NCBI GenBank assembly: GCA_030390025.1 | Contig: CM059432.1 | Coordinates: 129,892,001-129,956,000 of the forward strand | Direction: 5' to 3' | Length of the DNA: 64,000 nt | From: Squalus acanthias | Taxonomy: Eukaryota | Part shown: positions 12,743 to 25,666 of the stretch, piece by piece | Numbering within the stretch: the stretch's first letter is position 1 | Layout: the number at the start of each line of letters is the position of its first letter | Notes under the pieces: model-generated | Database searches by the model: none | What the model saw: the letters and a program-made list of their open reading frames with translations, nothing else | Told to the model about the DNA's origin: nothing | Program-made: the position numbers and the translations under genes

Positions 12743-13396
12743 AGCCCTTGGCTGGAAAAGGTAGTCACGGGTCTCTCCAGGCCGAGATTCAAGGCGCCAA
12801 TGAGCAGTGTGTGGCTGGAGAGCAAGATCGACCCTCCCCTTTAAGAACTGGCCGGCGCCAGTGTGTCTGTGTTCCATCGCTAACTGACAGTACCTGCACT
12901 GCGCCCGCGCTCTGAGTTAGCTCCTCGGCCTTTGCGCCTTAAGACAGGTGTGCAGTGCCTGATTTAGCGCTCCAATCACCTCCAGGGGCGATAAAAGCCA
13001 AGCTTACAGTCAGAGGCGATAATTAGCGCCAGGTGCTAGACTTTGCGCCCGGCCGATAATTGCGCCCCAAATGGGGCAATACCGAATTTCTCCCCCCTGG
13101 TGTATAATACCTTTCACCTCCTGCTCCAAAATGTGTTATATACCTCAAAAAAAGTTTGTGAGTCATTAGGAAATCTGGGTTCCTTTATGATTGACGGTAA
13201 GACTTGTCATTTACAGAACATGTCATGTTCCATTGTTTCTAAGACCAACCATGTTCATCAGACTCTGTATTCTGGAAGGTGTCATCCACTGCCTGTTTGA
13301 GCCTCTTCATTTAGGAAAGCCTGGGTACACAATGATGGCTGAAAACAAGACACAGGCCACTAAGTGGTCGAGGGAGGTCTGTAGAGCGAAATTATT

Positions 13397-14170
13397 GGTC
13401 CAGATTGTGCTGCAACAACGCATCTAACGGTGCCTGCCGTTAGTTAGACTCGCCCTTGCACGTTTAGGTTTTCAAATTTTTTGCGTGGCGAGTTGCTGAA
13501 AGTGCGAGCTGATAACATCACAGCGAGGGAAACAGGGCATCAGGGACCTGAGTCAACAGGGCAAGCAACTGTGTATCTCCTTAACCAATCAGATTAAAGG
13601 CTTCTGAAATTAACAGCGCAAGGACTGAGAAGGAAGTGTAGATTATAGTAGGTGAATTCAATGTCAAATCAGGTACAGAACGAGAAACAAAGAAAGGGAA
13701 AGAAAGACTGAATTAAGAGAGGGAGAAAAAAATGACAGTAAGGAAAAGTTTAAAAAAAATAAAAATTTTACATTTTTAAATCTCCAACAACAGTTAAAAC
13801 CTGAAGGAATGAGACTCCACACTTGTAATAGTTAATTTTCAGTGCCAGAGAAGTTGATTGCAGTAATTAACACTTATCACATCATTAAAAGGGTAGTTAG
13901 ACTGAAAAGGACAAGAATTAACTTTCTGTGGCGAGTTTAGTTCGTATCTACCGCACAAATGCAGCAACTGCACACCATTCAATACATTTCAACGGTGAGG
14001 CAGACAGCGAGATGCCATTTTCGCGAAGCTAACGGCAACTCGGACAGCAACTTTTGCCATTGGCGTTTAACCATGCATCTGCTCCTCGCCTGAAGTTGCT
14101 GTACCATTTACACTTAAATAATGGTGATCGCCATTAGCCTCACCATTATTTTAAGAGCAAAATCTGGCCC
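13397..14170. mobile_element. Non-autonomous Harbinger-type element
   Basis: TIRs GGTCCAGATTGTGCT / AGCAAAATCTGGCCC; TSD ATT on both sides. Confidence 0.8.
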
Positions 14171-14342
14171 ATTGTTTCAGTGATTTCAGCAGAAGCAACT
14201 GTAGAGCTAAGTTTAATGATTTTGTTGGTTTGTTATTTTTGTATGTTTATTATATTAGAAATGTTACTTTCCGCGCTGAATCCCAAGATTATTAATAAAC
14301 CGAGGAGACCTACTGTCAGTTTGAAAAAATGTTCTGAACAAT

Positions 14343-15085
14343 GGGCCGAAAATTGATCCCGGGACGCGAGAGTACGCACTGCGTACTCTCGCGTATTCCC
14401 ACTCCAATTGCCGGTTTTCTGCATGCCCTGCACATGCGCTGAAAACCGGCAATTGCTCTTCTGAAAAGGGGGCGGGTCCTCGGTGCATCGCGTGCGCGCT
14501 ACAGGCTGCGCGCACGCTGTGCACTTCATGCTTTGGACGCGCAGGTAAGTAGGGAAGATTTTGGAAATGTAAAAAGGAGGAGTAAGACCCGCTTTTAAGA
14601 AGGTAAGTAGTGAATTAAGTATTTTTTTGAATTTTTTTTTACAGGTATATCTTTTTTAGAGACTTTAAAGACAGGTAAGTTTATTTTTATAACTTTTTAA
14701 AAGATTTAAAATTTTTTCAAAAATTTAATTTTTTATTTAAAATGGTTAATTTCATTAACTATACTTATTTTATTAATGTGATGGTTTTTTTTTAAATTTA
14801 ATTGAGGTTTAGCTGTTATTTTGGGGGGGTGTAAGATTCATAGATTTCACAGCAGGTCTGTGAAACTTATGAATGGAAGATGGTGTGCTGCCATTGGCTC
14901 TAACTGAGTCACATGATCCCACAGCTCGCACGAATTCACTATGCCGCTGGGATACGCAAGCCCAGCACAGCTGATGTCTGGAACATCAAGTTCGTGCGAG
15001 CTGGATCTGAAAAAGCACAAGCGAGGTGAGACATCGCGGGGAAGGCTTACCCCCGCGGGAACAGAGCGAGATCAATTTCTGGGCC
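14343..15085. mobile_element. Non-autonomous Harbinger-type element (743 bp), inverted copy of 9126-10766
   Basis: TIRs GGGCCGAAAATT / AATTTCTGGGCC; TSD AAT. Confidence 0.9.
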
Positions 15086-16033
15086 AATGTGATCGGCAGT
15101 TTTTTGATGCTTGTTGGTTATTTTTGCTTTCTGGGGTTATTCAGTGGTAGATTTAGGCTGCAGATGTCTCTTTGGTAATTTTCCCTACTACCTACTCATA
15201 TTTGATGCAACAACCATCCTTCATTTGAAGCAGTCATGTCCAAGTGTGACAGACAGTTTTTGCAAGCTCTATGGACGTGCGTTGGCCTTAAGACTTTTTA
15301 TATAAATAGATACTTTGGGCAACCAACTTTTGTATTTAACAGGGTGAGTCATGTCAGCGCTGAGGAATGATAAACACCTTCCACTTCTGGCATTAAGCCT
15401 TTCATGTCAGGTACAGCCAGGCTGTCAAAGCTTCCTCCCAGCAATGTGGCTTTATACCTACCTCAGAAGTGGACATCCTACTGCATCAATGTGATTTTTT
15501 ACAATTCCCACACCAGCCTCAGATTGTCAGTTGGTGTTGGACGGTGGGTGATTTGTGCTGTGAATAGTAGGAGCTGGGTTGCGATTGCCCCAAGATATTT
15601 TACTTAGGGCTATTATAACTAGCAGAGAAAGGTAACTTATTATATTAGTCTGGCTTTTTTGAACCAAAATCCAGAGTGGGGGAAGAACAGTGTGTTAACC
15701 TACTATACCACTCAGTGCCCTTAGATTTTCAACTTGCCTTCACTTAAAATAAGTATTCCATTATCAAGTACTCACTTAAAAGAGAACAATATTATGAGGG
15801 GTTATAATCTAAATAAAAAGACAGTTCAAACAGTGTTGAAAGTAAATCCCCCTTGAGAGACATTGGGGTCCTGCTCTACCACTGTAAGAATGTGGGAGCC
15901 AGATTTCCTCAGCATTTCACATCTATGTGGCTGACCACAGTACCATTCGGAGGTGGCCAATTTGAATAAAGTGGACGGGTGTGCAGCTGGGGCACCTGCT
16001 GGAGAAGGTGATTGGAAATGGCAGTGTTATCCA

Positions 16034-17037
16034 GAGGTAGTGGGTGACATCTGCGCAATGCTGCACCAACACCTGGAGCCCAGAGGATCGGGTGGACATC
16101 CCTTACCAGTGGCCATAAAAGTCACCACCGCACTCAACTTTTTTGCTTCAGGCTCATTCCAGGGAGCAGCAGCAGACATCAACGGCATCTCCCAGTCGGC
16201 CGCACACACTTGCATCATGCAGGTTACCGATGCCCTCTTTGCAAAGGTGCACAATTACATAAACTTCTCCAAGGATCAAGCAAGTATAACCGCGTGTGCG
16301 GTTGGATTTGCAAATATGGCAGGCTTGCCAAGGGTGCAGGGCGTCGTAGGCTGCACACATGTGGCCCTTAAGGCACCCCATCACAATCCAGCTCTTTTTG
16401 TCAACCACAAGGGCTTCCACTCCCTCAATATGCAGCTGGTGTGTAACCACAAGAAGGATATTTTGCATGTTTGCGCCAAGTACCCTGGCAGTTGCCATGA
16501 CTCCTTCATCCTGCGGCAGTCCAGTGTGCCTCCGCTCTTCAGTCCGCCAAACCAACTTTGCTACTTGGAGACAAGGGTTATCCCCTGAAGACGTGGCTAA
16601 TGACACCATTCAGGAGGCCATCCAACAAAGCTGAGGAGCGCTACAACTCCAGCCACATTTCGACCAGATCCATTATCAAGCAAACCATTGGCTTGCTGAA
16701 GATGCAATTCAGATGCCTTGACAGATCAGGTGGAGCCCTGCAGTACTCAGCAGCCAGGGTCTCCAGAATCGTCGTGGTCTGCTGTACACTTCACAACATC
16801 GTACAGCATCGTGGCTTGCAGCTGCCTGAGGGAAAAGTGGCTCAGCGCATAGCCTCCTCAGATGAGGATGAGGGTGAGGATGAAGAGGAGGAGGAGGATG
16901 AGGAGGAGGAGGAGGATGAGGAGGAGGAGAGCGACAACGAAGACCTTGCGGAGGCGCATCAACCAGCGGCAGCAGCACATGAGCACATTGCTGCCCGGGA
17001 TGCAAGGGATGCACTCATCTTGGCCAGATTTGCTTAG
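16034..17037 (+). pseudogene. Harbinger transposase pseudogene
   Basis: 5'-truncated; first catalytic D replaced (GVVGCTH); frameshift near 16560 before LLGDKGYP; catalytic E position reads K (RSIIKQTIG). Confidence 0.9.
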
Positions 17038-17295
17038 GTTGCCCAATCAAACACATTTGGCTCGCACCTTCTTACCACACCATAGACAATGGACAAGAAC
17101 CTGTGGCTTCCTATCACTCTGACCACCATCATGACAAATCCAAGACGCCCTGAGCCCTCAATGTGGAACTTCCATTTGCGAAATGACACAGCCCAGAACT
17201 TCAACAGTTTGCCGTCACTTCATTTTATTACATTCACTAAAGGATGGCATTTAACAATTAAACACAACAGAACACCCAAGTGACTACCCTTGTGA

Positions 17296-20200
17296 CTACT
17301 TGTGCTTTATCTTCCTCTTACGCATGCTCCTACATGGAGCTTCCCCTGTGAGGGCTCGCCAACAGTCTGCTCCTCCTGCAGCTGTGCAGGGGATGAGACG
17401 CCCATCTCAGTTGGGTGAGGACTCTGGCGGGGCTCTGACCGAGGGCTCCGCAGTGGCATGGGAGTGTGAGCACTTGGAGAGGAGCCCCCACTTCCTTGTT
17501 GTCTGCCACCAACATCCCTCTCATGGGTCAGCCCCACTTCAGAGCCAACTGAAGGGATAATTACTAGTCCTAGCCCCTTTAGGGCTACCCCGGATCAGGC
17601 GTATTCCCCAGACGTTCACTTTCAACTAAAGTTTGAGGTAGCCAAATCTTAAAGACGCTTAATTGGGTCTAAAGGTCCAGAGTATCTCTCCCTAAAGGAA
17701 AGGAACAACCTGAAGATGTTACCGTCCTCCAGATAGCACTTTTAATAAGTTTAGCTAGACTGTAACGTTCCGGATATTATGAGGGTCCGAATAACTCCCC
17801 CAGAATTCTGCAACTCACTGCAGCTTACAATTCTATTATCAGAGATCCTTCTTCTCAAATCTTAACTTCGCTACATTTTTACAGTTCTTAGTCTTATTCC
17901 AGGATATCTACCAAAATCAAATACAGTACAATACCTTGATCCCCGAGGTACAAAGAGTTGTAGACTTACAGAGCCTGCCTCTGAAGCCTGAGAATCACTT
18001 TGTCCCTTTACAGCGAATCTATCATCCCATTTGAAAGTTCAATATTTATATCCTTTTTCAGTGGTATTTCCTTTGAAGTTTTCTGCTGATGTAAGCTAAT
18101 TATCTCTAGTCATTTTTCTGCTGACCCCTGCTATTCTTACAGTCAGATCGGCTGGTAGCATTAAGAATTATGTCTCTCCTCTCCTCTAGGTATTCCAATG
18201 TAACAGCGGGTGCATTTATTTGATGTCATTCTTACCAAGGTCTTCTGTTTGTGTCTTTTTACGATGTGTAAATTAAAACACCTCAACCAGGGTGATCTAT
18301 GCAATTCTTAGTTACCTCAGCTGGTTGCAACACAGAATCGTGTTTCATTTGATGTCATTTTTATGAAGGCATATGTTTCTTAATTTTATGTGTTTCTTTC
18401 CAGAGTGTAATTTAGAACACCTTATCCAGGATGCACCATTGTGTTCTTTCCAAAGCTTCAGACTTCAGGAGCCTCCAACCTCCTGTTTCAATAAGGTTAT
18501 TGATTCAGTGTCAACAACTTATCTTATCCCAATAGCCTGAATGCTGTTAACAATACAGCTTCTCCATTGTTAGGTTTTTAGATTTTCAAGCCCAGTTTGT
18601 CATGTTACAAAGGCCAGAATTCTTTCATAGAATGGTGTATTTTTCTGAATATGGCTTATTCCTTCTCAAGCCCCACTTCAGAGCTAGCAAGTGGCTTGAC
18701 AGCATCTTGCTGCACTTCAGGGGGGCCATGAGGATCTGTATCTGCACTGGCAGTCCTACTCCAGAGGACTTCCATGAAGCTCTGGTTTCTCTGCTCAATA
18801 GCTGCCCATTGCTCCTCCAGAGATGTCAGTCCATTCTGAACAATCACCATGTTTTCAACACTCTGGCGACTTAGCTCCACCATGGCCGTAGCCATCCTCT
18901 CCTTTACCGTAGCCATCCTTTCCACGGAGGTTGCCATCCTTTCCGTGGTGATGCGTTCATGCGCCAACGCCTCCACAAAGGCTCTGCTCATGTTAGCGAT
19001 GGACTCCTCCATCCTCTCCACACTCGCAGTGACCCTGGAGACAAAACCTGCCAGAGACTCCTGCACCTGTTCCTGGAGTTCCAGCACCACTCTCCTTCTG
19101 GATGGACCCGGAGGCACAGGGTCCACATGCAGTTGAGCCGAGCTGGGAGTGCCCTGCGGCCTCCGACGAGGACTCTCCACTGCTGTCCCTGTCTCCACCA
19201 TCTGCTGATGCTCACTTGTGAGCTGTGATACACCAGGTGACAACACTACTCTATCTCCCGAAGGTCCCACCGAGCTGTGAGTGTCTGCGCTGGTGCTGGG
19301 TGCGCTTAATTCTGCTGACGCTGCACCCTCAGAGGTTGCAGGTTCCTCTGAGGAGTCTTCTGGCACCGGCTCTTCCTCCTGGACAGTGGGGCGGGGGGCT
19401 GTCGATGGTCCTGTGGGAGAGTAAAGGAATGAGTTAGACATGTGATATTAACGTAGCATGCACATGGACTTGTGCAGATGATCATAAGTTAATCTGTTTG
19501 AGCATCAGAAGCCATATCAGTCACTCATGCAATGTAAATGAGAGAGATGCAAATCTATTCTGTCACCAGCTTGCTCTGATGCGCCCGTCTGTCTGTCCGT
19601 CCCCCACTTCCAGATCCTCCTCGGCTCCCACGATCTCTAGTGCCGCCTCCTCAGCGCTGGTGAGCTGGGCTATTGAGGGTGGCCCTCCTCCTGTCTTCAC
19701 CCTTTCCCTCTTATTGTGGGCTCTCTTTTCCTGCAATGAGGGACACAAGTGGAGTTTGAGTGAGAATGATGGAGTGAGTATAGAGAATCCATAGCATAGA
19801 TGCTTAGAAGGACACAAAGATGGAGTGAGGTCCCAAGACCAAGGGCCCTCCCTGTGTGTTGTTAGTTGTTGTCATAGCATAACAGTGATAGGGAGTGTGA
19901 GGGCAGCATACTCGAATAGTTAAGTGATTGTGTACATAGAGAGAGAGAGATGGTTCAGGGTGCAACGGACGTAAGGGTAAAGTGGGATGTGGAGGAGTAG
20001 GTTGACAAGGCAGAGTGCTGGTGATGAGAGGCGATGGGGAGCAGATTGAGGGTAATGGTGATGTTATACTCACTTTTACTGTGCAGACAAGGTCATTAAA
20101 CCTCTTTCGGCACTGCAGCCAGGTTCTGCTGCACATTGATCTCAAACTGACCTCCTGTGCCACTTGCAGCCACACAGCTTTCGTCTGCTGGGGAGGTTTT

Positions 20201-20313
20201 TTCCTCCCAGAGGAAGGAAACAGCCCTTCCTTCTGAACTCTGGCTCCCTCTACCAGAGCATGGAGGGAATCATCATCAAACCGGGGTGAGGCCTTGGCCC
20301 TTGAACTAGACAT
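17296..20313 (-). pseudogene. Harbinger Myb/SANT-like gene, 3 exons (20313-20074, 19730-19567, 19410-17296); exon 3 split by an LTR
   Basis: MSSSRAKASPRFDDDSL..WLQVAQEV..RTWLQCRKRFNDL; GT-AG sites; collinear with the copy at 51796-53800. Confidence 0.87.
17550..18668. mobile_element. Probable solo LTR (TG...CA)
   Basis: Termini TGAAGGGATAA ... TTATTCCTTCTCA; related copy at 43968-44587; TATA-like (~18050) and ATTAAA (~17745) on the minus strand. Confidence 0.7.
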
Positions 20314-20596
20314 TTCAAGAGAACCAAACCATTAGAAGATTAGCAAATAAAAGTTTTGAGGCAGAAAATGAACCAAGGCTGCTTGGAGCCCTTAAATGCA
20401 GCTGCATAAATGACGTCATCAGAGGCGAATTTCAGGCCCAAAAGACTCATTGGGCCAGGGGTGCGCACATGCTGGGAATCAATTGCCTAATTAGGGCAAA
20501 ATAGCTAAATTATCCCGCCTGAAATCGGAGGCGGGAGTGGGACCCGCCAACCACTTGACCCGCCCCCAACCCACCACCAATGGCAAAATCCAGCCC

Positions 20597-23500
20597 TTTG
20601 TGTCCTCCTCACAACTTGCTAACCCACCTATCTTTGTATCATCAGCAAATTTGGCTACATTACACTCGGTCCCTTCATCCAAGTCATTAATATAGATTGT
20701 AAATAATTGAGGCCCCAGCACTGATCCCTGTGGCACCCCACTAGTTACTGATTGCCAACCGGAAAATGACCCGTTTATCCCAACTCTCTGTTTTCTGTTA
20801 GTTAGCCAATCCCCTATCCATGCCAATATATTACCCCCAACCCCGTGCGCTCTTATCTTGTGCAATAACCTTTTATGTGGCACCTTATCGAATGCCTTCT
20901 GGAAATCCAAATACACTACATCTACTGGTTCCCCTTTTTCCACCCTGTTTGTTTCATCCTCAAAGAACTCTAGCAAATTTGTCAAACACGATTTCCCTTT
21001 CATAAAACCATGTTGACTCTGCTTGATTGTCTTATGATTTTCTAAATGTCCTGCTATTACCTCCTTAATAATGGATTCCAGCATTTTCCCAATGACAAAT
21101 GTTAGTCTAACTGGCCTATAGTTTCCTGCTTTCTGTTTCCCTCCTTTCTTGAATAGTGGCGTTACATTTACGGTTTTCCAATCCGCTGGGACCTCTCCAG
21201 AATCCAGGGAATTTTGGTAGATTACAACCAACGCATCCACTATCTCTGCAGCCACTTCTTTTAAGACTCTAGGATGCAGGCCATCAGGTCCAGGGGACTT
21301 GTCGGCCTTTAGCCCCATTAGTTTGCCTAGTACTTTTTCTCTAGTGATAGAAATTGTTTTAAGTTCCTCCCTCCCTATAGCCCCTTGATTATCTATTATT
21401 ATTGGGATGTTTTTAGTGTCTTCTACCATGAAGACCGATCCAAAACAATTGTTTAGAGTCTCTGCCATTTCTCTATTTCCCATTATTAATTCCCCAGTCT
21501 CATCCTCTAAGGGACCAACGTTTACTTTAGCTACTCTCTTCCTTTTTATATACCTGTAGAAGCTCTTTCTGTCTGTTTTTATATTATTTGCTAGTTTACT
21601 CTCATACTCTACCTTCTCCCTCTTTATAATTTTTTAGTCTTCCTTTGCTTGTTTCTAAAAATTTCCCAATCCTCTGGCCTACCACTAATCTTCGCAACAT
21701 TGTATGCCTTTTCTTTCAGTTTGATACCATCTTTAACTTCCTTAGTTAGCCACGGATGGTGCATCCTTCTTGTAGAGCCTTTCTTTCTCACTGGAATATA
21801 CCTTTGCTGAGATTTATGAAATATCTCCCTAAATGTCTGCCACTGCTGATCTACCATCTTACCTTTAATCTATTTTCCCAATCCACTTTAGCCAACTCTG
21901 TCCTCATACCTTTGTAATTGCTTTTATTTAAGTTTAGGACACTAGTTTCAGACCCAAGTTTCTCACACTCAAACTGAATTTGAAATTCTACCATGCTATG
22001 ATCACTCTTTCCTAGGGGATCCTTTACTATAAGGTCATTAATTAATCTTGTCTCATTACACATTACCAGATCTAAAATAGCCTGCTCCCTGGTTGGTTCC
22101 TCAACGTATTGCTCTAAGAAACCGTCCCGAATACACTCTATGAACTCGTCCTCAAGGCTACCCTTGCCAATTTGATTTGTCCAATCTATATGATGATTAA
22201 AATCACCCATGATTATTGCAGTGCCTTTCTTACAAGCCCCCATTATTTCTTGATTTATACTCGGTCCTACAGTATAGCTACTGTTAGGGGGCCTATATAC
22301 TACTCCCACCAGTGACTTCTTATCCTTACTATTTCTTATCTCCACCCAAACTGATTCTACATCTTGAGCTTCTGAGCCAATATCATTCCTCACCACTGCA
22401 GTGATCTCATCCTTTATTAACAGAGCTATCCCACCTCCTTTTCCTTTCTGCCTATCCTTCCAAAATGTCAAATACCCCTGAATATTCAGTTCCCAGCCTT
22501 GGTCACCTTGCAACCACGTCTCTGTAATGGCTATCAGATCATACCCAGTTATTTCTATTTGTGCCGTCAACTCATCTATCGTGTTACGAATGCTGCGTGC
22601 ATTCAGATAAAGAGCCTTTAATTTTATCTTATCATATTTCCTTACTCTGACTCTATTTTCTGGTGCACTCTTATGCTTGCACGCTCTGCCCCTTCCTGAT
22701 ACATTCTGGTTATCGTTACCCCTGTCGTTGCCCTGCACTATTGCCTTCTCCTTTCTCTTTGCCTTCCTAAATACCCCTTCACCTGAACCCTATCTTCTAT
22801 TTCCAGCTTAGCTTTTTTCCCTTCTGATTCTACCCTCAGATTCCCATCCCCCTGCCAAGCTAGTTTAAACCCTCCCCAACAGCACTAGCAAAACCCCCCG
22901 CGAGGATATTGGTCCCGTTCCTGTTGAGGTGCAACCAGTCTGGCTTGTAGAGGTCCCACCTGCCCCAGAAATGGTTCCAATTCCTCAGGAATCTAAAGCC
23001 CTCCCTCCTACACCATCTCTCCAGCCACGCATTCATCTGCTCTATCTTCCTATTTCTGTACTCACTCACACGTGGCACTGGTAGTAATCTGGGGATTACT
23101 ACCTTTGAGGTCCTGCTTTTTAACCTCTTTCCTAGCTCCCTAAACTCTGCCTGCAGGACCTCATCCCTCTTTCTACCTATGTCGTTGGTACCGATATGGA
23201 CCACGACCTCTGGCTGTTCACCCTCCCCCCTCAGAGTGTCCTGCAGCCATTCAGTGACATCCTTGACCCTGGAACTAGGGAGGCAACATACCCTCCTGGA
23301 GTCACGTCTGCGGCCGCAGAAACGCCTGTCTGCTCCCCTAACTATTGAATCCCCTATCTCTATTGTACTCCCTCTCGCTTCTCCCCGCCCCCCCCCCCCC
23401 CCCCCCCCGTGGTGCTGTGGACTTGGTTCTGGCTGAACTTCCCAGAGGAACCATCGCCCTCACCAGTACTCAGCACCGAATACTGGTTGGTGAGCAAGAT

Positions 23501-24303
23501 GGGCTCAGGGGACTCCTGCACTACCTGCCTGGTCCTCCTCTTCTGTCTGGTGGTCACCCATTCCCTCTCCGCCTGCCCATTCTTAAGCTGCGGGGTGACC
23601 ACCTCCCGAAACGTGCTATCCACGTAGCTCTCAGCCTCGCGGATGCACAGCAGTGACTGCAGCCGCCGCTGAAGCTCCGTAACCCAGTGCTCGAGCTGCT
23701 GTAGCTGGTGACACTTCACGCACATGTGGTCATCCAGACCACGGGAGGTGTCCAGGACTTCCCACATGGCACAGGATGTGCATTCCACGGGTGTGAGCTG
23801 CCCTGCCATACCTCGAATTAACAGACTGTTTACTAACCCAGCTGGAATAAACTTAAAACTTTAAGAAAGCCAAGTATAAACACTTACCAGCTACTCACCA
23901 ATCAGCTCCCTCCCCTTGTGTCGACGTCACTTTTTGACTTCTGACGTCACTCTTTCAAAATTCTGCCGGTGCTGAGTTGGTGCTGTCACCGCCTCGCCGC
24001 TCCTCCCAGGTCCGCTCTGCCGCCGCTGCTGCTGTGGGGCCTACCTGCGCCTCGGGCTCCCTTTATACGCTGCCGCCACCTCGCCGCTCCTCCCAGGTCC
24101 GCTCTGCCGCCGCCGCTGCTGTGGGGCCTTCCTGCGCCTCGGGCTCCCTTTATACGCTGCCGCCACCTCGCCGCTCCTCCCAGGTCCGCTCTGCCGCCGC
24201 CGCTGCTGTGGGGCCTTCCTGCGCCTCGGGCTCCCTTTATACGCTGCCGCCACCTCGCCGCACCTCCCAGGTCCGCTCTGCCGCCGCCGCTGCTGTGGGG
24301 CCT
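20597..24303 (-). mobile_element. CR1 LINE with intact 5' end (5' UTR, ORF1, ORF2 APE and RT), 3' part lost
   Basis: ORF1 Cys motif/zipper (23360-23809) and SGNH esterase VHIGTND (22860-23204); APE LNARS..ITETW..MGDFN..SDH (21851-22738); RT LDFQKAFD, QGSVLGP, FADD (20600-21483); frameshifts. Confidence 0.95.
23989..24303 (-). repeat. 87-bp GC-rich tandem monomers (~3.6 copies) at the CR1 5' end
   Basis: Period 87 (cctcccagg recurs from 24002, 24089, 24176, 24263); each full unit has GCGTATAAAGGG on the minus strand. Confidence 0.92.
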
Positions 24304-24886
24304 GGGTTAATGTTGTCAAAAGCTACAAAAAAAAGCCTTATTATTTTTTTTTTGTAAAGCAGGAAAAATATGCCTCTAAAAGCCATCAAAGACGTAAGGG
24401 CCGATTCGCCCCTGCCCTGCTCCCAAATCAGACCCCAAAAAATGGGTGGACTGTGGAGGAAAAATGGGCACAAATCATTAGCTCCCATTATGTTCCTGAA
24501 TAGCACTGTACACAAACCTCCTCTCTGACATTTCTAGTGTCTGTGTCTGACTATATCTGAGGAGAGCGCAGCAATGCAAGTTACACACAAATGAATGTCA
24601 AACACTCCAACCTCTTCTAATAGCACCAGGTATAGTTCAGGGTCAAACTGGTCCCAGAGACTTTTGGCTCTCCTGATTCCTGAGCTGCCTTTTAGTCGTT
24701 ATCTATCTTAAGGGACTGGCTGTAAGTGATAAGAATTATCTTTTGTTTTAGCTTTTTGATATTTAACAACGTGGTTTTGCTGCTTCTATAGTTGTTGTAG
24801 AATGCTGTTAACCCTTTACATTTAGAGACAGAGGCCATGTTCAGTACTGTGCCCCTCCTCTTGTGTTATGGTTTATGTGGAGGGAA

Positions 24887-25295
24887 ACATAGAATTACAT
24901 AGACTGTACAGCACAGAAAGAGACCATTCGGCCCAACTGGCCTGTGCCGGTGTTTATGCTCCAGACGAGCCTCCTCCCACCCCTCATCATCTAGCCCTAT
25001 CAGCATAACCTTCTATTCCTTTCTCCCTCATGTGTTGATCTCGCTCCCCCTTAAATGCATCTGTGCTATTCGCCTCAACTATTCCATGTGGTAGCAAGTT
25101 CCACATTCTAACCACTCTCTGGGTAAAGAAGTTTCTCCTGAATTCCCTATTGGATTTATTAGTGACTATCTTATATTTATGCCTCTAGTTCTGGTCTCTC
25201 CCAAAAGTGGAGATATCTTCTCCACGTCCACCCTATCAAATCCTTTTATAATCTTAAAGACCTCTATCAGGTCATCCCCTCAGCCTTCTCTCTTC
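24887..25295 (-). mobile_element. CR1 3' fragment
   Basis: Reverse-complement match to 1670-2038. Confidence 0.85.
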
Positions 25296-25629
25296 TATTG
25301 AATCAAGAGGAAATACCCACAGCCCCCTTGGCAGCTGCTGCAGAAAATTACCTTTCCCTCTCCTGTAGCACAGATACCGGTCTCTCTAAAACCGAGCAAG
25401 CTGCCCAGACCATGCCACCTGGAATGAAAAGAGAAGCCTCACAGTCAAAGCAGCAAACCCCCTCCTATTGCTGTTTTCCTGACTGACCTGTTTGGACACC
25501 ATCCACACCTTTGATTGCCGTGATTATCTCTCTGCCGAGGTGTGATAAAGGGCAGTTAGAAAGATTAACTGTAATCGTCTGGCAGTGTTCTCAGTCTATA
25601 TATGCTGTGCCGATATACATATCTTCACT

Positions 25630-25666
25630 TCACCTGACGAAGGAGCAGCGCTCCGAAAGCTTGTGA
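25630..25666 (+). ncRNA. Minimal type I hammerhead ribozyme in a Penelope-like 3' end fragment (~25560-25753)
   Basis: TCAC-CTGACGA-A-GGAGC-AGC-GCTCC-GAAA-GCTT-GTGA; downstream sequence matches 47660-47750. Confidence 0.8.

Larger units (their letters stand above)
7256..13096 (+). mobile_element. Full-length PIF/Harbinger transposon with convergent transposase and Myb/SANT genes; contains nested insertions
   Basis: TIRs GGGGGAAAAATTCGG (7256) and CCGAATTTCTCCCCC (ends 13096); 3-bp flanks CTA/CTG (one mismatch); both Harbinger genes present. Confidence 0.93.
16030..20596 (+). mobile_element. Second Harbinger family element, left end missing
   Basis: Transposase (+) and Myb gene (-) converge; right TIR AAAATCCAGCCC at 20585-20596 abuts CR1 RT sequence. 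Confidence 0.88.

Noticed and set aside
23969..24357. Repetitive Ala/Pro/Arg ORFs
   Set aside because: Translations of the 87-bp CR1 monomers.
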